Shown here: piece by piece, positions 1 through 14,285 of the stretch
Layout: each line of letters begins with the position of its first letter
Position numbering within the stretch: position 1 is the stretch's first letter
NCBI RefSeq assembly: GCF_000400465.1
Contig: NW_008806281.1
Location: 20,001 to 268,000, forward strand
Direction of reading: 5' to 3'
DNA: 248,000 bases
Source: Wallemia ichthyophaga EXF-994
Taxonomy: Eukaryota; Fungi; Basidiomycota
Position numbers and translations under genes: made by a program
The notes under the pieces: model-generated
What the model was told of the DNA's origin: nothing
What the model saw: the letters and a program-made list of their open reading frames with translations, nothing else
The model's database searches: none

Positions 1-573
1 GAAGGTATAAGTGCGCACTTCGGCATTACCCCAATATTTGCCCGAATTATAACCATCAGTGATCCACCTGAGTATATCGCCATGAGCCACGAAAACAATC
101 TCGCTCTCTGGTCTTTGTCTGATCCACTCCCTGCACTTGCGCGCTCTCTCGCCAGCGTTAGCTGGATCGTAAATGCCCTGCTTGTTAGTCCAGTTTGGGT
201 GGACATCCGAGAAGTCCAGCGAGGCGAACTCAGGGTCGCTTGTGAGGAGGTGGGGCTCGCTGCCGGTATCGCAGGGGTACGCGTTGATCTCTTGCGCAAT
301 AGTGACAAGTAGCGGTGGCTTACCGGCGGATTGCAGTCGCTGCACTAACTCTGGATACCCCTCGAGCATGGTTTGCATGGGGCGGCGCAACGGTGAGCTC
401 ACTACCAGCTCCGCCGTTTTTTGTATCGTACCCGCTGTCAGTGGGGACAGTCGCGCCGATTGCTCTCGCCCGAGCGCGGTTAATGGCGCATCGGCTATGC
501 TGTAGTCGTCCGCGACATTGTGCTCAGCTTGCGCGTGGCGCGTGAAGTAGATGGTCTTTGATGGGGCGCTCAT
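1..573 (-). CDS. histidine phosphatase / phosphoglycerate mutase-like protein (runs off window)
   Basis: Manual translation from ATG 573: MSAPSKTIYFTRHAQAEHN...SSPLRR...VAHGD (RHxxxxxN motif); intron near 66. Confidence 0.8.
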   Translation of the reverse strand, partial: MSAPSKTIYFTRHAQAEHNVADDYSIADAPLTALGREQSARLSPLTAGTIQKTAELVVSSPLRRPMQTMLEGYPELVQRLQSAGKPPLLVTIAQEINAYPCDTGSEPHLLTSDPEFASLDFSDVHPNWTNKQGIYDPANAGERARKCREWIRQRPESEIVFVAHGDILRWITDGYNSGKYWGNAEVRTYTF

Positions 574-730
574 GATGGTTGGGTGGCACGAGTGGAGCGA
601 GAGCGAGAGTGTATGTGGATCTACGTGCGCGCGCACATGCGCCGAAATATCCTTATTTCCCGCCATCTCTCACGTTCACCTTCCATCTCCCATCTCCCAC
701 CGCCACCATTCTTGTTTTGCTACGCCGATC

Positions 731-3014
731 ATGTCGACACACATCAGGGAAACATTCTCGCAGTGCCATTCAAATGTGCGTTGTGCGTGGTAATCCTGCA
801 TAGATCCCCCACTCACACCGTCATTTCCAGGGCAAACCAGCTTTCGTGTGCGTATCAGCAGCAGAAACGAGACAAGACAAAGACTTACCCCGCACAGCAC
901 ATTCATGACAGCTGGCTATCCACACAGAGAGAGCACCGTCGATTTGATGCTGTCGCTCGAGAAAGGCGGCGCAGACATCATCGAGCTCGGTGTGCCATTC
1001 TCTGATCCAATCGCAGACGGTCCATCGATCCAGGCAGCCAACACTGTCGCTGTGTCAAACGGAATCACCTACGCGGACTGCCTCGAGTTCGTTCGTCAGG
1101 CTAGACAGCGTGGTTTGAAAACACCTGTCATGCTGATGGGCTATTACAATCCTGTCCTTAGCTACGGCGAAGAGAAAGCAGTCAAGGACGCCAAAGACGC
1201 CGGTGCCTCTGGTTACATCATGGTCGATTTGCCTCCAGAAGAAGCTGTTAAATTCCGTAATATCTGCACTTCAGAGGGTCTCTCTTACATACCACTCGTC
1301 GCTCCATCTACCACCGAATCACGCATTCAGTTCCTTGCTAGCATTACTGACTCGTTTATGTATGTTGTCTCCAAGGTGCGTCGTTGTTTGCGTGTTCCTG
1401 TCTTAGCTCATTTTCACTCTTCTTCAGATGGGCACTACTGGTTCTTCCACAGACGTCTCGACTGATATTCCCCAGCTTCTCGCTCGTATTAGAAAATACA
1501 CCTCCAATCCACTCGCTGTCGGTTTTAACATTTCCACGCGCGAGCACTTCAACTTTGTCGCAGACGCTGGCTCTGATGGTGTTGTCATTGGCTCGCGCAT
1601 CATCAATCTCGTCCGCGATGCACACAAAGAAGGTCGTGACATCAATGCAGCTGTTGTGAGCTACTGCGCTGATGTTTGTGCCGATGCCAAGGCAAGTTCT
1701 GGGCACAAGGCAGCAGCAGCGCCACCAATCGATCCACCGACTGAGCGCAACGCTGCTGAGCACCCACCTGCTCCCAACATGCCTGAGCCTTTGCTTGACG
1801 CAATGACAGGTCATCCAGCCCGTTTTGGTGAGTTCGGTGGTCAGTATGTTCCTGAAGCGCTTGTCGACGCCCTCGCTGAGCTGGAGGCAGCACATAGTCT
1901 TGCCGTAAGTGATCCCTCCTTCTGGCAAGAGTTGGAGGGCATGTACGAGTACATGGGTCGTCCATCCTACCTCTATGAGGCAACTCGTCTCACTGAACAC
2001 GCCCAGGGCGCGCGCATTTGGCTCAAGCGTGAGGATCTTAATCATACCGGCTCTCACAAAATTAATAACGCCGTCGGTCAGATCCTCCTCGCAAAGCGTC
2101 TCGGTAAGAAACGTATTATTGCTGAAACGGGAGCCGGTCAACACGGTGTTGCTACAGCTACAGTTTGTGCTCGCTTCGGCCTCGATTGTCATGTGTTCAT
2201 GGGAGCTGAAGATGTTAGACGTCAGGGATTGAATGTATTCAGGATGCGTATGTTAGGTGCACGCGTTATTCCAGTCACCAGCGGTGCACAGACACTCAAA
2301 GACGCTATCAATGAAGCTATGCGTGACTGGGTCACTAACCTTTCCTCAACTCACTACCTCGTCGGCTCCGCTATCGGTCCTCACCCCTTCCCTACGATTG
2401 TGCGCGATTTCCAGCACGTCATCAGCAAAGAGATCAAGAAGCAGATGATGGAGAAAGTGGGAGTGCTCCCTAATGCAGTCGTGGCCTGCGTGGGAGGTGG
2501 ATCTAATGCGATCGGCACCTTCTACGATTTCCTTCCGGACCCATCTGTGAAATTGATTGGTGTGGAAGCAGGAGGTGATGGAGTGGACACACAGAGACAC
2601 TCAGCCACACTCAGTCAGGGTAAGCCTGGTGTTTTGCACGGTGTGCGGACGTATCTCCTACAGAGTGCCAACGGACAGATTATCGAGACTCACTCTGTAT
2701 CTGCTGGTCTCGATTATCCAGGTGTAGGTCCAGAGCATGCCCATCTTAAGGATTCGGGTAGAGCGCAGTACATGGTCGCTGATGATGAGCAAGCTCTGCG
2801 CGGCTTCAGATTGCTCACTCAGCTCGAAGGTATCATCCCCGCCCTCGAATCCGCTCATGCTATCTGGGGTGGTGCTCAGTATGCCTCTACCCTCCGCAAG
2901 GAGGATCACGTCGTCATTTGTCTCTCAGGTAGAGGTGATAAGGATGTCGAACAGGTCAGTGAACTCCTCAAATCGGGTTGGGATAAGCGTCTCGATTGGG
3001 ATACCTCCGTGTAG
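731..3014 (+). CDS. TRP5: tryptophan synthase (fused alpha+beta), spliced
   Basis: [16 protein letters not shown] (alpha); [25 protein letters not shown]-type and SGRGDKD motifs (beta). Confidence 0.97.
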
Positions 3015-3312
3015 GAGCGGTGTAATGGTGCTGTGGAAGGTGGAAAAGGTTTAAAGTGTTATTTAAACTTTATCGTGAAATGCATTGTATTGTTCAATCG
3101 GATTTCTTCTCGCATTTCTTGGTGCTGTGTGCATTTGAATATCCTTCAACATGACGTCACGTAGTGATCTTTGGAATGCCCACATGCCCAAATGACCGAA
3201 TATATATTTGCCGCAGTGCATATCTATCGTTGGTGTAAAAAATTGATCGTCTCTTGTTTCCTTCTCGTCCTTCTTGACTCTATCCTCCCTAGAAATACAG
3301 GTGTCTCAGTTT

Positions 3313-5062
3313 ATGATGGACACAAATACAAATGCACATGCAGATGCGGAATTAAAGACAAATACAGAGTCACCAAAAAACGCAGAAGATCTATCAACCA
3401 ATATCACCCAACCCACGCAGCTCTACCTAAACACTCAAGACACGCGCAAATTATCTACAGATTCATCTCAGCACACCCATGTCTGCAGTAGACATAGCTC
3501 CAGCTTCGACAAGTACCACTCGAGCTCAACGATACACCAAGACTCCCCTGCGTCGCACGACCTCCTCAACCAAGACATAGCCTACTATTTTCCCAACAAA
3601 GCCTACCGCTTCCAGAAGAAGTGGGTGCTGGTGGCTATGACAGCGTTGTCTTTCGCTACGATAGGTATCAATGATAGCGCTGTAGGTGCGTTAATGCCGC
3701 AGATGGAGAAATACTACCACAAAGTGAGACAAGTGATTGATTTAGATTTGCAAATCTAATTTGTCCCTTCAGAGCGAAGCTATAATGTCCTTCTCCTTCC
3801 TTGCGAACTCGGGTGGCTATGTCATCTCAACCGCCACATCCTCATTCCTGATACACCACCTGCAATTGCGCTACGTACTTATGATCGCCAGCTGTATTTA
3901 TTCGTTAGGCTCATTAATTGGCACATTTAGACCACCGTGAGTGTTTATACGAAAACTTTGGTGGTTCAAGGACTCATAGAATTCAAATTCCAACAGCTTC
4001 GGTGCTCTCATGGTTTCTTTTATCCTAACTGGCTTTGGTGGTGGGTTGCTAGACACTGCGGCTACATCTGTAATCGTCCATTTCGAAGATGGGCCACTGC
4101 TCACAGTGACATACTCCTTTTTCTCGCTCGGATCTATGGCGTCGCCATTCCTCGTCGGCGGACTGCAGAGCGGCGATAAGCAGCCATGGGAACTTTACTT
4201 CTGGTTTCCGTTCTCCCTAGCTGCTTTTCTCTTCCTCTTGCAGTGGTTCGTCTATCGCTCGTACAAGGCTCCAATTGAGAAGGATGCGTTGCATCTGAGT
4301 GCTGCGCGCAAATTTCGCCTCGTAATCACTGACTGGACCATCATAATCGGTGTCTCGCTCACCTTTGTTGTGTTTGCAATGCAGGGTGGGAGGAAATTTT
4401 GCGACAGATACTAACACTGACGCGGACACTCCACAGACTCTTGGAGCCAGTGGGCGAGCAAGTATTTGCAGGACACGAAGGAGCTCGGTGACGGTATTCC
4501 CCAGATCGCCCAAGGGACGTTCTGGGCCGGCGTGGCTGTTTCGCGCATAGTGCTGTGCAAATTAGTCGCTATGGTGGGTGACATCAAGGCATCGGTCAGC
4601 CTCTGCGCTATGTTTGCCCTCGTCTTGGTCGGTGTGTGGTTGGTCGAGACGCAGCATTTGGCAGGTGCTATATGTCTTAATATCCTGCTCGGTTTCGTCG
4701 ACGGACCACTCGTACCCGTCGTGCTGTCTACCAGTGTTAATACTCTGCCTCACTACCTCAAACAGCCTGCTACATCGGCCATTGTGTGTGGCGGTTTAGT
4801 TGGCTCTAGCATTATTCCCCTTGCTGTGGGACAGGCTGTCAACGCCTTCTCTACCGATATTGTGCCAGGAGTACTTATTGTTATTGCAGCAGTCAGCATC
4901 CTCCTCTATACCGTGCTGTATACCACTAAATACCTCAAGCTGATGAAAGATAATGATATCAAGCCTAGCATAAGTGGTTGGATGAAAGCTTCAATTAGCA
5001 AAAATACCTCTTTTTCCTCTAAGCATAGAGAATGCGCGCAACAGTCCCAAGCATCACCATAA
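3313..5062 (+). CDS. MFS transporter (FucP/BSC6-like), paralog 1, spliced
   Basis: GINDSAVGALMP, GFGGGLLDTA, multiple TM segments. Confidence 0.85.
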
Positions 5063-5509
5063 TCACCGTGATATATTTCTTTGTATAGAGCACACAAGCC
5101 CTCGTTTGGTTTTTTAAGATAGAAGGATCTTGTTTAATGATTTGTAATTTGTTTTATCGATGTTTTTGTTGCAATTGTTACTGTTGCTTGGCACGGATAC
5201 AAGCGCCTCTGAAACCCTGCTGCAAATCTCCCTACACTAGCCTCTAGCACCTCTCAGCTACATTATAATATGAAAAAGCTATACCGTCACACATTTTATT
5301 ATTCTTGGCAGCATGCATTCGCTAATCCCCGCGAAATGACTCCAATTATGAAAATTTGACCGGAATGTTCTTTGAATATTCGCGCTTCGCCGAGCGCATG
5401 TAGGAATATAATTTCCCTTTCTGGCATCTTTTGACGTCTTATACCAGTTACAAAACACACGAACGATCTAGAACGAACACTACACAACAATACGACAACA
5501 TAGCTACTA

Positions 5510-7418
5510 GTGAAAATGTTCACAAGCAAGAACAAAAAAGCATCGCAGAAGCAAAAACAGAAAGAAAGAGAGAGAATGGAGCAAAATAAGGAGAACCTCC
5601 CAGATACAAGGACTCTGCCGTACCTCCACAATGGTCGACGTGAGAGTCAAGACTACACGAGAAATAACACGTTGGGTGTTGGGAGCACATCACTTATTGA
5701 TACACTAGAAACTATTCCTAGTGTTTCCCCTGATGACAAGAAGTACATCAAGGAACCCGAGCGTACTAGGAAGAAGCCAAAACGCACAAAATCTGCACCT
5801 CCGCTGACCATGCACAACTTTGACACTCAGTCTGAAGCATCTATAAATGAGTTAGATAGGGGCGATAAATACCTCAAGAAGGTATTTTTCTTCCACAACT
5901 CGCGATGGAGACTTCGCAGGTGCTATGTCATGATTGGTATGACGAGGTGAGTTGTTTCTTTGTCTACTTAAAAATTCTAAAGAGAACAGCTTGACATACA
6001 TGGTAATCGGACTAAACAGTAGTGCAATCGGTGGTCTTATACCACAAATGGGAGAGTATTATGACATAGTGAGTAAGTTATGCACAATTCAGTCTCTACT
6101 GACAAGCACAGTCAGAAGATGATATGTCAATGTGCTTTTTAGCTAATTTTGGCGGATACTTAATCTCGACCGCTTTGTCCGCGTTCCTGATTCATCACGT
6201 CAGACTCCGTTTGGTATTAACTGTGGGCTGTTCCTAGTAACTGTAAACCTTATCTGATAGCAGCACAGTCGGCATCAGCAATTTACTTTAGTGGTTCGCT
6301 CGTTGCAACATTTGCGCCTCCTTTCGCTGTCTTTATCGTCAGTCTCGTTTGTGAGTAGTGCAATGTATTGTCAACTTCGTCTAACAACATCAGTGACTGG
6401 TACAGGGGCAGGTCTGTTGGATGTGGCTGCAACTTCAGTTATTATGCATTACGAAGATGGTCCGCTACTGACAGTCACATACTCGTTCTTCTCGGTGGGG
6501 TCGATGATCGCACCTTTCTTAGTCGGAGGGTTGAGAGCCAGCAACAACAAGCCATGGAATCTGTACTTCTGGCTTCCTGTCGCACTCTCCTCTCTGCTCA
6601 TGGTGTTGCAGTGGTTTGTCTACGCCTCCTACCAGTCACCCTCGGAGAAACGCTCTGGCAATGACACATCTTTCCGTCGACTCCGCTTCGTTCTCTCAGA
6701 TCCTTTCATGTTGTGAGTTTTGGTTATATAATGAAACACCCACTAACAACACGATAGACTCACGATCATACTCTTCTTCGTCATGATGGGCATGCAGGAT
6801 AGTTGGTCGCAGTGGGCTGTATCGTATCTAGAGAGGGCAAAGGGTATGGAAGGTTCACTTGCAAACATAAACTTAGCATGTTTCTGGGCTGGTGTTACCC
6901 TCTCCCGCTTAACTCTCGGTCATTTCATAAACAAATGGGGTGATATGAAGTCTGCAATCACGCTCAATCTGGCATTCACGTTCATGATGACTGGATTTTG
7001 GCAAATCGACGACAGTCTCAATTACGGTCCAATTGTCTTGAACATATTTTGCGGTATTTTCGTAGGTCCGCTGGTACCACTCATATTAACAACAGCCGTT
7101 GATCGGTTGCCACATACTTTAAAGACGACGGCAACATCTACAGTCATAGCTGGCGGACTAATTGGTAGTACCGTTATGCCGATGTCCCTCGGTCAAGCTA
7201 TTCATAAATTTTCCGAACACATTATACCAGGGGTATTGATTGTCGTGTCGTTCATCCTTCTCGCTGGACTTCTCGCCCTCTTTTCTATGAAATACTATAG
7301 ACGATCTTTAAGCAAGAAGGACATTTCTAAGACTGTTCACAACCACGGCTCCTTGGCTCATGAAATGAGGTTAAATAGGAGAAAGCTCGTTCATCCACCG
7401 CGCATAAACAGACAATGA
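5510..7418 (+). CDS. MFS transporter, paralog 2, spliced
   Basis: GAGLLDVAATSVIMHYEDGPLLTVTYSFFS nearly identical to paralog 1. Confidence 0.85.
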
Positions 7419-7862
7419 TCAATACATTAACCAGACTCTAACGAGCGCTTTAAATATTGAAATCTCTACAGATCGATGGATTATTGCTTTTGCTTAAAAC
7501 TTGTTTTACTCTTCTTAACTTTAATGTAGTTTTCAATTACACTTTGCTTAAATTTTTCAAGAATCTTAAGATTGGCTTGTTTGATTAATTACATAATCTA
7601 CGCAAGAAATTCTTATTCCTGAGTCTCTTGAAAAGGGAAAGTAAATTAGAAATCTTTGTTTGTTTGCTTTGGAATGAAGAATGGTGGAGGAATGAAGAGT
7701 GAGGAATGGAGATGCCTTTGATGCTTACGTGTTCACTGCGGATGATACGGGCAATTGAGCCCGATTCAATCAATTGGAGAACGGAATGTCAAATCATTAT
7801 CCACATGAATTCATGGTGATAATCATCTCACTGAGGTGCCGCAAGCGTTGTTATAATAGACT

Positions 7863-9474
7863 ATGGTTACTTTTTTCAAAAAATCTTCAGCAGCTAATAG
7901 CGGTGGCAATACTGACAAATCATCAGTCCCGTATACTGGCACAGATAATGACACATCCAACAATGGCAACACTGTCAAATCACAAGTAGCGGATAATGAC
8001 GCAAATAGCGACATATCTAGTCTCGAGAAACAAAATATCAGTGAAAAAGTAGAGCTTTCCACCATAAGATGGTCTATCATGATAGTTTTTCTATGTTTCT
8101 CATTCACTGCAATCGGGATAAACGACTCAGCAACGGGTTCCAATTTACACAACATACAAGAGCGCTACTCAATAAGCTATAAGCAAACATCCTTTCTCTT
8201 TCTCTCCAACGCTGGCGGCTATGCTGTCTCAAGTTTGTGCACTTGCTACGTAATGTTTTGGATAGGTGTACGCTGGACAATCTTTTTCTCAGCTATTATT
8301 TATTCTGGAGGAGCTCTTATTACTTCTTTTGCACCCCCCTTTGGTGTTATCGTCGTTTCCTTATTCCTGCAAGGAGTAGGTAGTGGATTCTTAGACGCGG
8401 CAGCTACCTCTGTTCTCGCTCTAATTGCCTCTGCTGATGTGCTATCGCGTGTGTACGCTTCATTTTCGCTTGGTTCTGTGGGTTGGGAGTCACAACTCTT
8501 CTGAACATTTAGTCTAACAAAGCATGGCTACAGATGACTGCGCCTTTTATTATCGGTGCATTCTCTCAACATCATTTGACTTGGAATGTAAGTGGGATGT
8601 TCTGAAACATCTCAATTGCTCAACAAACGACAGTACTTTTACTTCTTTCCAATGTGAGCTAAGAACGCCATAGAAAGAAAGTCACTAAAGTAGACCAGGT
8701 CATTAGGAATCGTTCTCGCCTCAACTGCTTTATGGGTTTTTAAACACTTTACTCTTCCAAACCAAGGCGATAAAAAGCACGAGAAAGACAAGTCTGGAAC
8801 GGTGAATGGCCGACTGAAGTTAATTCTTTCAAGATCTGAGGTGTATTTGGCACTCGTTCTTGTATGCCTCGCTAGTTCTCATCAGTGTATAAACTCACAA
8901 TGGTCGCCGTCCTATTTCCTATTAAAGGGATACGAGGAAGACGTGAGTACATATGTCGTAGCCGGATTCTGGGGAGGTGGGTTAAAGGTTCTCTAGAATT
9001 TCGCACTAACTATCGACAGGTGTGACAATTGGCAGGTTGGCCGGTCCCACTGTGTTCAAGAAAGTATATGACAAGACACGCAATATATCACTTGTCGCGC
9101 TAGCAATGGTATTCAGTGGTGTCATATTTGCTGTCGATAGCCTGGCAGCTAGAGCGACACTTCTATGCCTGACAGGGCTAGCATGGGGTAAGTAACCCTA
9201 AAGTAACGACCTCAAACTTAAACACTGACCGTCGGCGAATATAGGCCCGATAGCTCCAGCGAGTATCGATGCAGGTATATCGATGGTGCTTGAGGAGGAA
9301 ATATCAATAATAACCCCACTGATAATATGCTCTGGATTGCTGGGAGCGAGTTTCGCGCCCTTTTTCTTCTCATTCGCCGCTGATGCCTTTACAGCCAATA
9401 TATTACAACCAGTGCTAATTGTCGTGGCTGGAATAGAGCTAATATTATTCATCTTTGTACCAAAGAAACAATGA
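7863..9474 (+). CDS. MFS transporter, paralog 3, spliced
   Basis: GINDSATGSNL, GSGFLDAAATS motifs. Confidence 0.8.
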
Positions 9475-10710
9475 AATTATTGTCGGCTATTCTAGCTGAC
9501 CTTGACATTTGCACAATCATTCCTGCTATTGCGAGCAAGTAAGCTTGATACATAGCCATAGATAATCTTTAAAGTATCTCTTCAGAATCATATCCTTGAG
9601 ATTCCAATTGCGTGTTATAGGCTGTTCGGAAGTTGCAATCCGAAATCACTATGGAACACGTTTTAAGGATAGATATGGAATATTTTATGTGTTTGATCGA
9701 TATAACAGATTTTATTGACTTTTAAAGACTACAAGCATCCAAAAATCTCAATTTTTCGAATCTACAAACGCAAATTATCCTTTTCGACGCATAGTCTTTA
9801 CAGGAATTGATGCTTGCTCCAGGGGTATAGTGGGATCATCAAACACCTAGCAAAACAGTTTATGGAAAGGAAAGTGGGAGTCAGCCGAGCTCTGAAATCG
9901 GGGTTTGGCTTCTGATCAGTGCGTTTCAGGATTTCACATGATGGGGATGCGAAGGCTGTTGAGGCTCCTTTGGAATCATTATAGGCAGGACAATTGGATG
10001 TAAAATTTTAAGCTCCTAAACATCGCCTGAATGCTAGACATTAACAAGCAGGCTGACAGATTGGCTGGTAAACTACGTCTATGGCATTCTATGCGATTTT
10101 GGCGTCATACTTGACAGGGTATGTGTGGCGTGAGAAAACCCTGGAAAAAGCACTCAATGACCTTCAAACTTTAAAGCTTACCGTGGCGTAAGTCAAATGT
10201 TTCCATTAAGTGTGATGAAGGGATATAGTGATATGGGAGATAAGCATGAAATATATTAATGGATGAGATTCCTACCAGCGCAGCTTATTGACTGCTCTCT
10301 TCATTATAAGTGAAATGCAATCAGACTTAAAGGTTTATAAAGGCTAAAGAAGGGCGCTAGCGACAGTGTACATGTGAATATTATAGACTATTAATGTTTG
10401 TAGATTAAAAAAATTACAAGCTTTCAGTCGACCGTTCTGGCTTTGTGTGACATTTGAAGAAGGGTACAAGCCTGAGTCGATATGATATCAGTATCCTTGA
10501 GAGTGCCTGAGCTGTATTCGAGATTCGAGATTCGAGATTTGGCACTGCCTTCTTCAAAGAACTGCATCTTCATTCCTCAAGCACCTACAGTGCAGCTTAA
10601 GAGAACTTCAGAGCATTCCAAAGATCTGTCAGCCGATCCTCAGAAACAGCTCTGGAATAAGCACCGTCATGTTAACTAGGAATAGAAGTAACCACAACCC
10701 CTCAACTACA

Positions 10711-12563
10711 ATGGCTTCCAACGCGTGCTTATGTGGTGCTATCCCCAACAAGACACGCGACCCTGAATCAATCTACTGCTCGACAACATGCGCGCGAGCC
10801 GACTCACTCGCTGCGTTGACCGCGCCAGAAGAGCTCACGTACACACGAGCCAGCCACTACCGCCGTGTATCATCCAAACAGGAGTTGCACGTGCAAGCCA
10901 GCAGCAAAAGCAGTAAGGACGGCAAAGGCAGCAAAGAAATCGATGTCAACAAAGATGTCGACAGTCAGTCGTCCTCTTCGAAGAAATCTGCTACACGCAA
11001 GTCACACTGGAAGAAAGCGAGACAGATGCTCTTCGGCAGTCCTGGTACACCTGAAGAGAGCGGCGTGGAAGAGAAGAAGCTGAAAGGCAGGATACTGAGA
11101 CGCAAGTCCAAGTCGTACTCCATCCTCAATCCGTCAAGACAAGCGAGATCACCGCCTAGTGAGTGCTTGGAGTATCGCGAACGACACCTTCTGACACCCA
11201 CATAGAACAACCGCAACTCGGCCAGCCTAAACTCAAGCTAAAACCCGTAACGAGGCAGCGGACGTGCTCCAGCGAAGAAGAACTGAAACCTCCCCCTCTT
11301 CCGCCAAAGCAGGCCAAACTACCCCTAGGCGCACGCCACAAGCGCGTACCGGCAATCATAAAGATACCAGGTCGTGACGTAGACTATACACACTCTAGGA
11401 ACGCGTCTACAGCTTCGGAAGCACAGACAACAGCATCGTCTGCTAACACAACGACTACTTTCCAGACTGACACCACTGCCACAACAGCTCCGTCGAGCAT
11501 CGTGTTGGACACGCCATTAATTTCGCCCAAGAAGTTCGGTGCCCACAGTACGCATGGTTCACATGGCTCAAGTGCTTCGCACGTCTCATGCGGATCGCAT
11601 AAGAGACAGTCGATCGCTTCACGTATCAGCCACCCCCGGCACTCTCCGGAATCAACACCGATCGCAAACAAAGTGGAAACGACGCCGGTGATTTCGCCAA
11701 AGATATTCGGTCCACAACAGAGAGAATCGTTTGGTTCGCGTATAACCAACTCACCGGAATCTACAGCGACACCTACAGGATTAGCACTAGGGACAGTCGA
11801 TAACACAGGCACACCAACGCCCGCGCCTGTGATCAGTTTCAATGACATGGATGATAGCTTAGTGCGGTCGCCATCGTCGAACACAGTGGCTTTGAATAGA
11901 GCTCGCTCAAAAGCATTGAGGGACAGAGCTAAGCGGTTGTCACTTGCTAAGTCTTCCAACAACCTCCAGGTTGCCTCAAACCAGAGTCTCACGAAGACAC
12001 TGCAACAGTCTCAAAGCTGCTCGACGTTCAGATCTGCAACGACAAGCACATCTAAGCAGACTTTCGAGAGTGCGTTCGATGGCACCAACCCAGCTGATTA
12101 CAGTCCAAGTCCAACATGGGAATACGACGATATATACAACAGCAACAGCCATATTTCGCTCGATAATGGGAATGGGAATGAAGACAGGGTCAATGGTAAT
12201 GCTGCTGGTATCATGCCACTACAATCAATCAGGGAATACTCACCAATCAAGGAGTCGCATGAGCCATTAGCAAATAAGGAGTCACCACCAAAGGAGGCAT
12301 CTCCACCACTCGTCGATTACGATCTGGATTGGTACATTCAACACTCTCAGTCGTACAAATCCATCAAGATAGCACCACCACCTGCACCACCAGTCGCACA
12401 ATCAATCGCACCAAAATCAGCGCCTCCCAGCCCGTCTGACCCGAATGCAACATTCTCAAAGATGAGCAACACCAACCACGCTGAACAGAACGAACTTGAG
12501 GATCTAGATGATAGCATGAAGCAGGCATTGCTGATGGCGGATGATATACTCGCATTTTCCTAA
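10711..12563 (+). CDS. hypothetical S/T/P-rich protein with N-terminal CxC...YCSxxCA motif
   Basis: Two ORFs joined by a GT-AG intron ~11159-11205. Confidence 0.6.
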
Positions 12564-12849
12564 ACATTCTTATGACTCTGATGATATTTATTAACTGTCT
12601 CTTGCACGAAAAACACTACGCTCACTACGTTTTCTTATTTGTACGTTCGCATACTCGCACAATCGTTATTGTCATGTTTTTGTTATATTTGAAGATGAAT
12701 GAAATAATGCAATACAAAACAAATCGTTAGGGTGCGCAATCCAAGCGCTGTCTTTGGTGCTATGTGCTACGTGCTATGAGCGACGAGCTATTGGCTATCG
12801 TGCTTTTCTATGCTGATATAATTATGAGAGTGTGTAAAAAAAGAGAATC

Positions 12850-13714
12850 CTAGTAAATGACACCGCGGTCACCACCTGCAATCCTTTGCAGACGGGAAGT
12901 GATTGAGAAGTCACCGTAAAAGGACATGCTGTCTTCGAGCTTATTCCTGACGTCTTTCTCGTCGACTCTGCTACCCCAGATGGACTCGCTGTAGATATCC
13001 TCGGCGTCAAAACGCTTCAATCTGGGACAAGCTGTGGCTATACCAGCGAGCATTGTTGCAGGCGCCTTAATAGCCTGGCCGAGCGAGATAGTCTCCAGGG
13101 TTGGCGACAAGACAGCAGGGAGGTATCTATCTGGATGTGTGCACTGAGGGAACTGGACGTGTGACATGCTCAAGTGCAGCAGTCTGCTCCATCTTGGCAG
13201 TTGGTTTAGGACGATTGTGAGACATGGCGTCACCACACTGAGACTGATATGATGCGGTGGGTCAGGTGATGTCCATTCGAAGCTTATCGGGCTGCGTGCG
13301 AGTGTGAGAAGAGGTGAAGTGTAATGGCATTCCCACTCACTCGATAGCAGCGAGACCTTCAATCAAACCACGCCTGTCTTCGTTCCAGAGACCCATAGCG
13401 CGTAATTTGAGGTGCTGCACGTTGCGGCACTTAGTTAAGGCATTGCCAACAGAATCCCACACAGAACCAGCAGCTGAGGGGAGGTTGATGTGTAGTGCCC
13501 TGACTTTGCTGAGAAGCTCGAGTGGAACGTTGTTGGAAAACAGCTCAAGTTGGTTGAGTGAGTTGATGGCGCATGGATGCTGCTGGTATACGTGACGATA
13601 GAGAATTTGAGTTGTGCGCGGGTGTATCAGCAGCAGATCCAACGCGCTCGAGCGGGAGTCTTGCAGTGCGTCTGTGAGAATAGGTTCGAGGAGTTCTGTG
13701 GGCAATTTAATCAT
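12850..13714 (-). CDS. hypothetical F-box-like protein
   Basis: N-terminal LPTELLEPIL; two ORFs joinable by an intron. Confidence 0.5.
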
Positions 13715-14285
13715 CGTCGTGATGGTAGTCGTTATTAAATGGAATTCCTAAAATAATTATTCGGAGTGGAATATTCGGACGAAGTGCGGGGTCAGGTCGC
13801 AGTCTCAGTTTCAGATTAGATTATTCATCATCAGGTACAGAGTTACAGGCTTTTTTGTGCGCGCATCTTAACTTTAATTGATTACCATTGTATATCGATC
13901 ACAGCCCATCTCCTGTAGGTTTTCATACACTCCCAAATCCAGCCTTTCAGACTCATTTCCTCTTTGAGTTTGTTTCACCTGAGACACAACCTCGGTACTC
14001 CTCGGGGAGGATTTAGCCAATATTTTTCAGCAACCGAAAATTTACCTGTGAATTATTCTTCGAAACACACACGTCTGTCATAGTGTATCGCAGTACACCG
14101 CATCACGTGCTACTCGAACAACTGCGGAAATGTCACCATGTCACCGCCCCACCGATGTCAACCATTTTTGGTAATTATTGTCTACATTGCGGTGAGGAGG
14201 CTGTGAGCAATATGGCAGTGCAGGGCATCTTTCTCTATCTTGTATCCCTCTGCTGCGAACTTCCTCCTGCTTCCGCACCATCATC

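Noticed and set aside
1356-2192. Long antisense shadow ORFs over conserved genes (many in the track)
   Set aside because: Explained by codon bias of the sense gene
9480-10480. 1-kb gap with fragmentary coding-like stretches
   Set aside because: No motif could be identified with confidence
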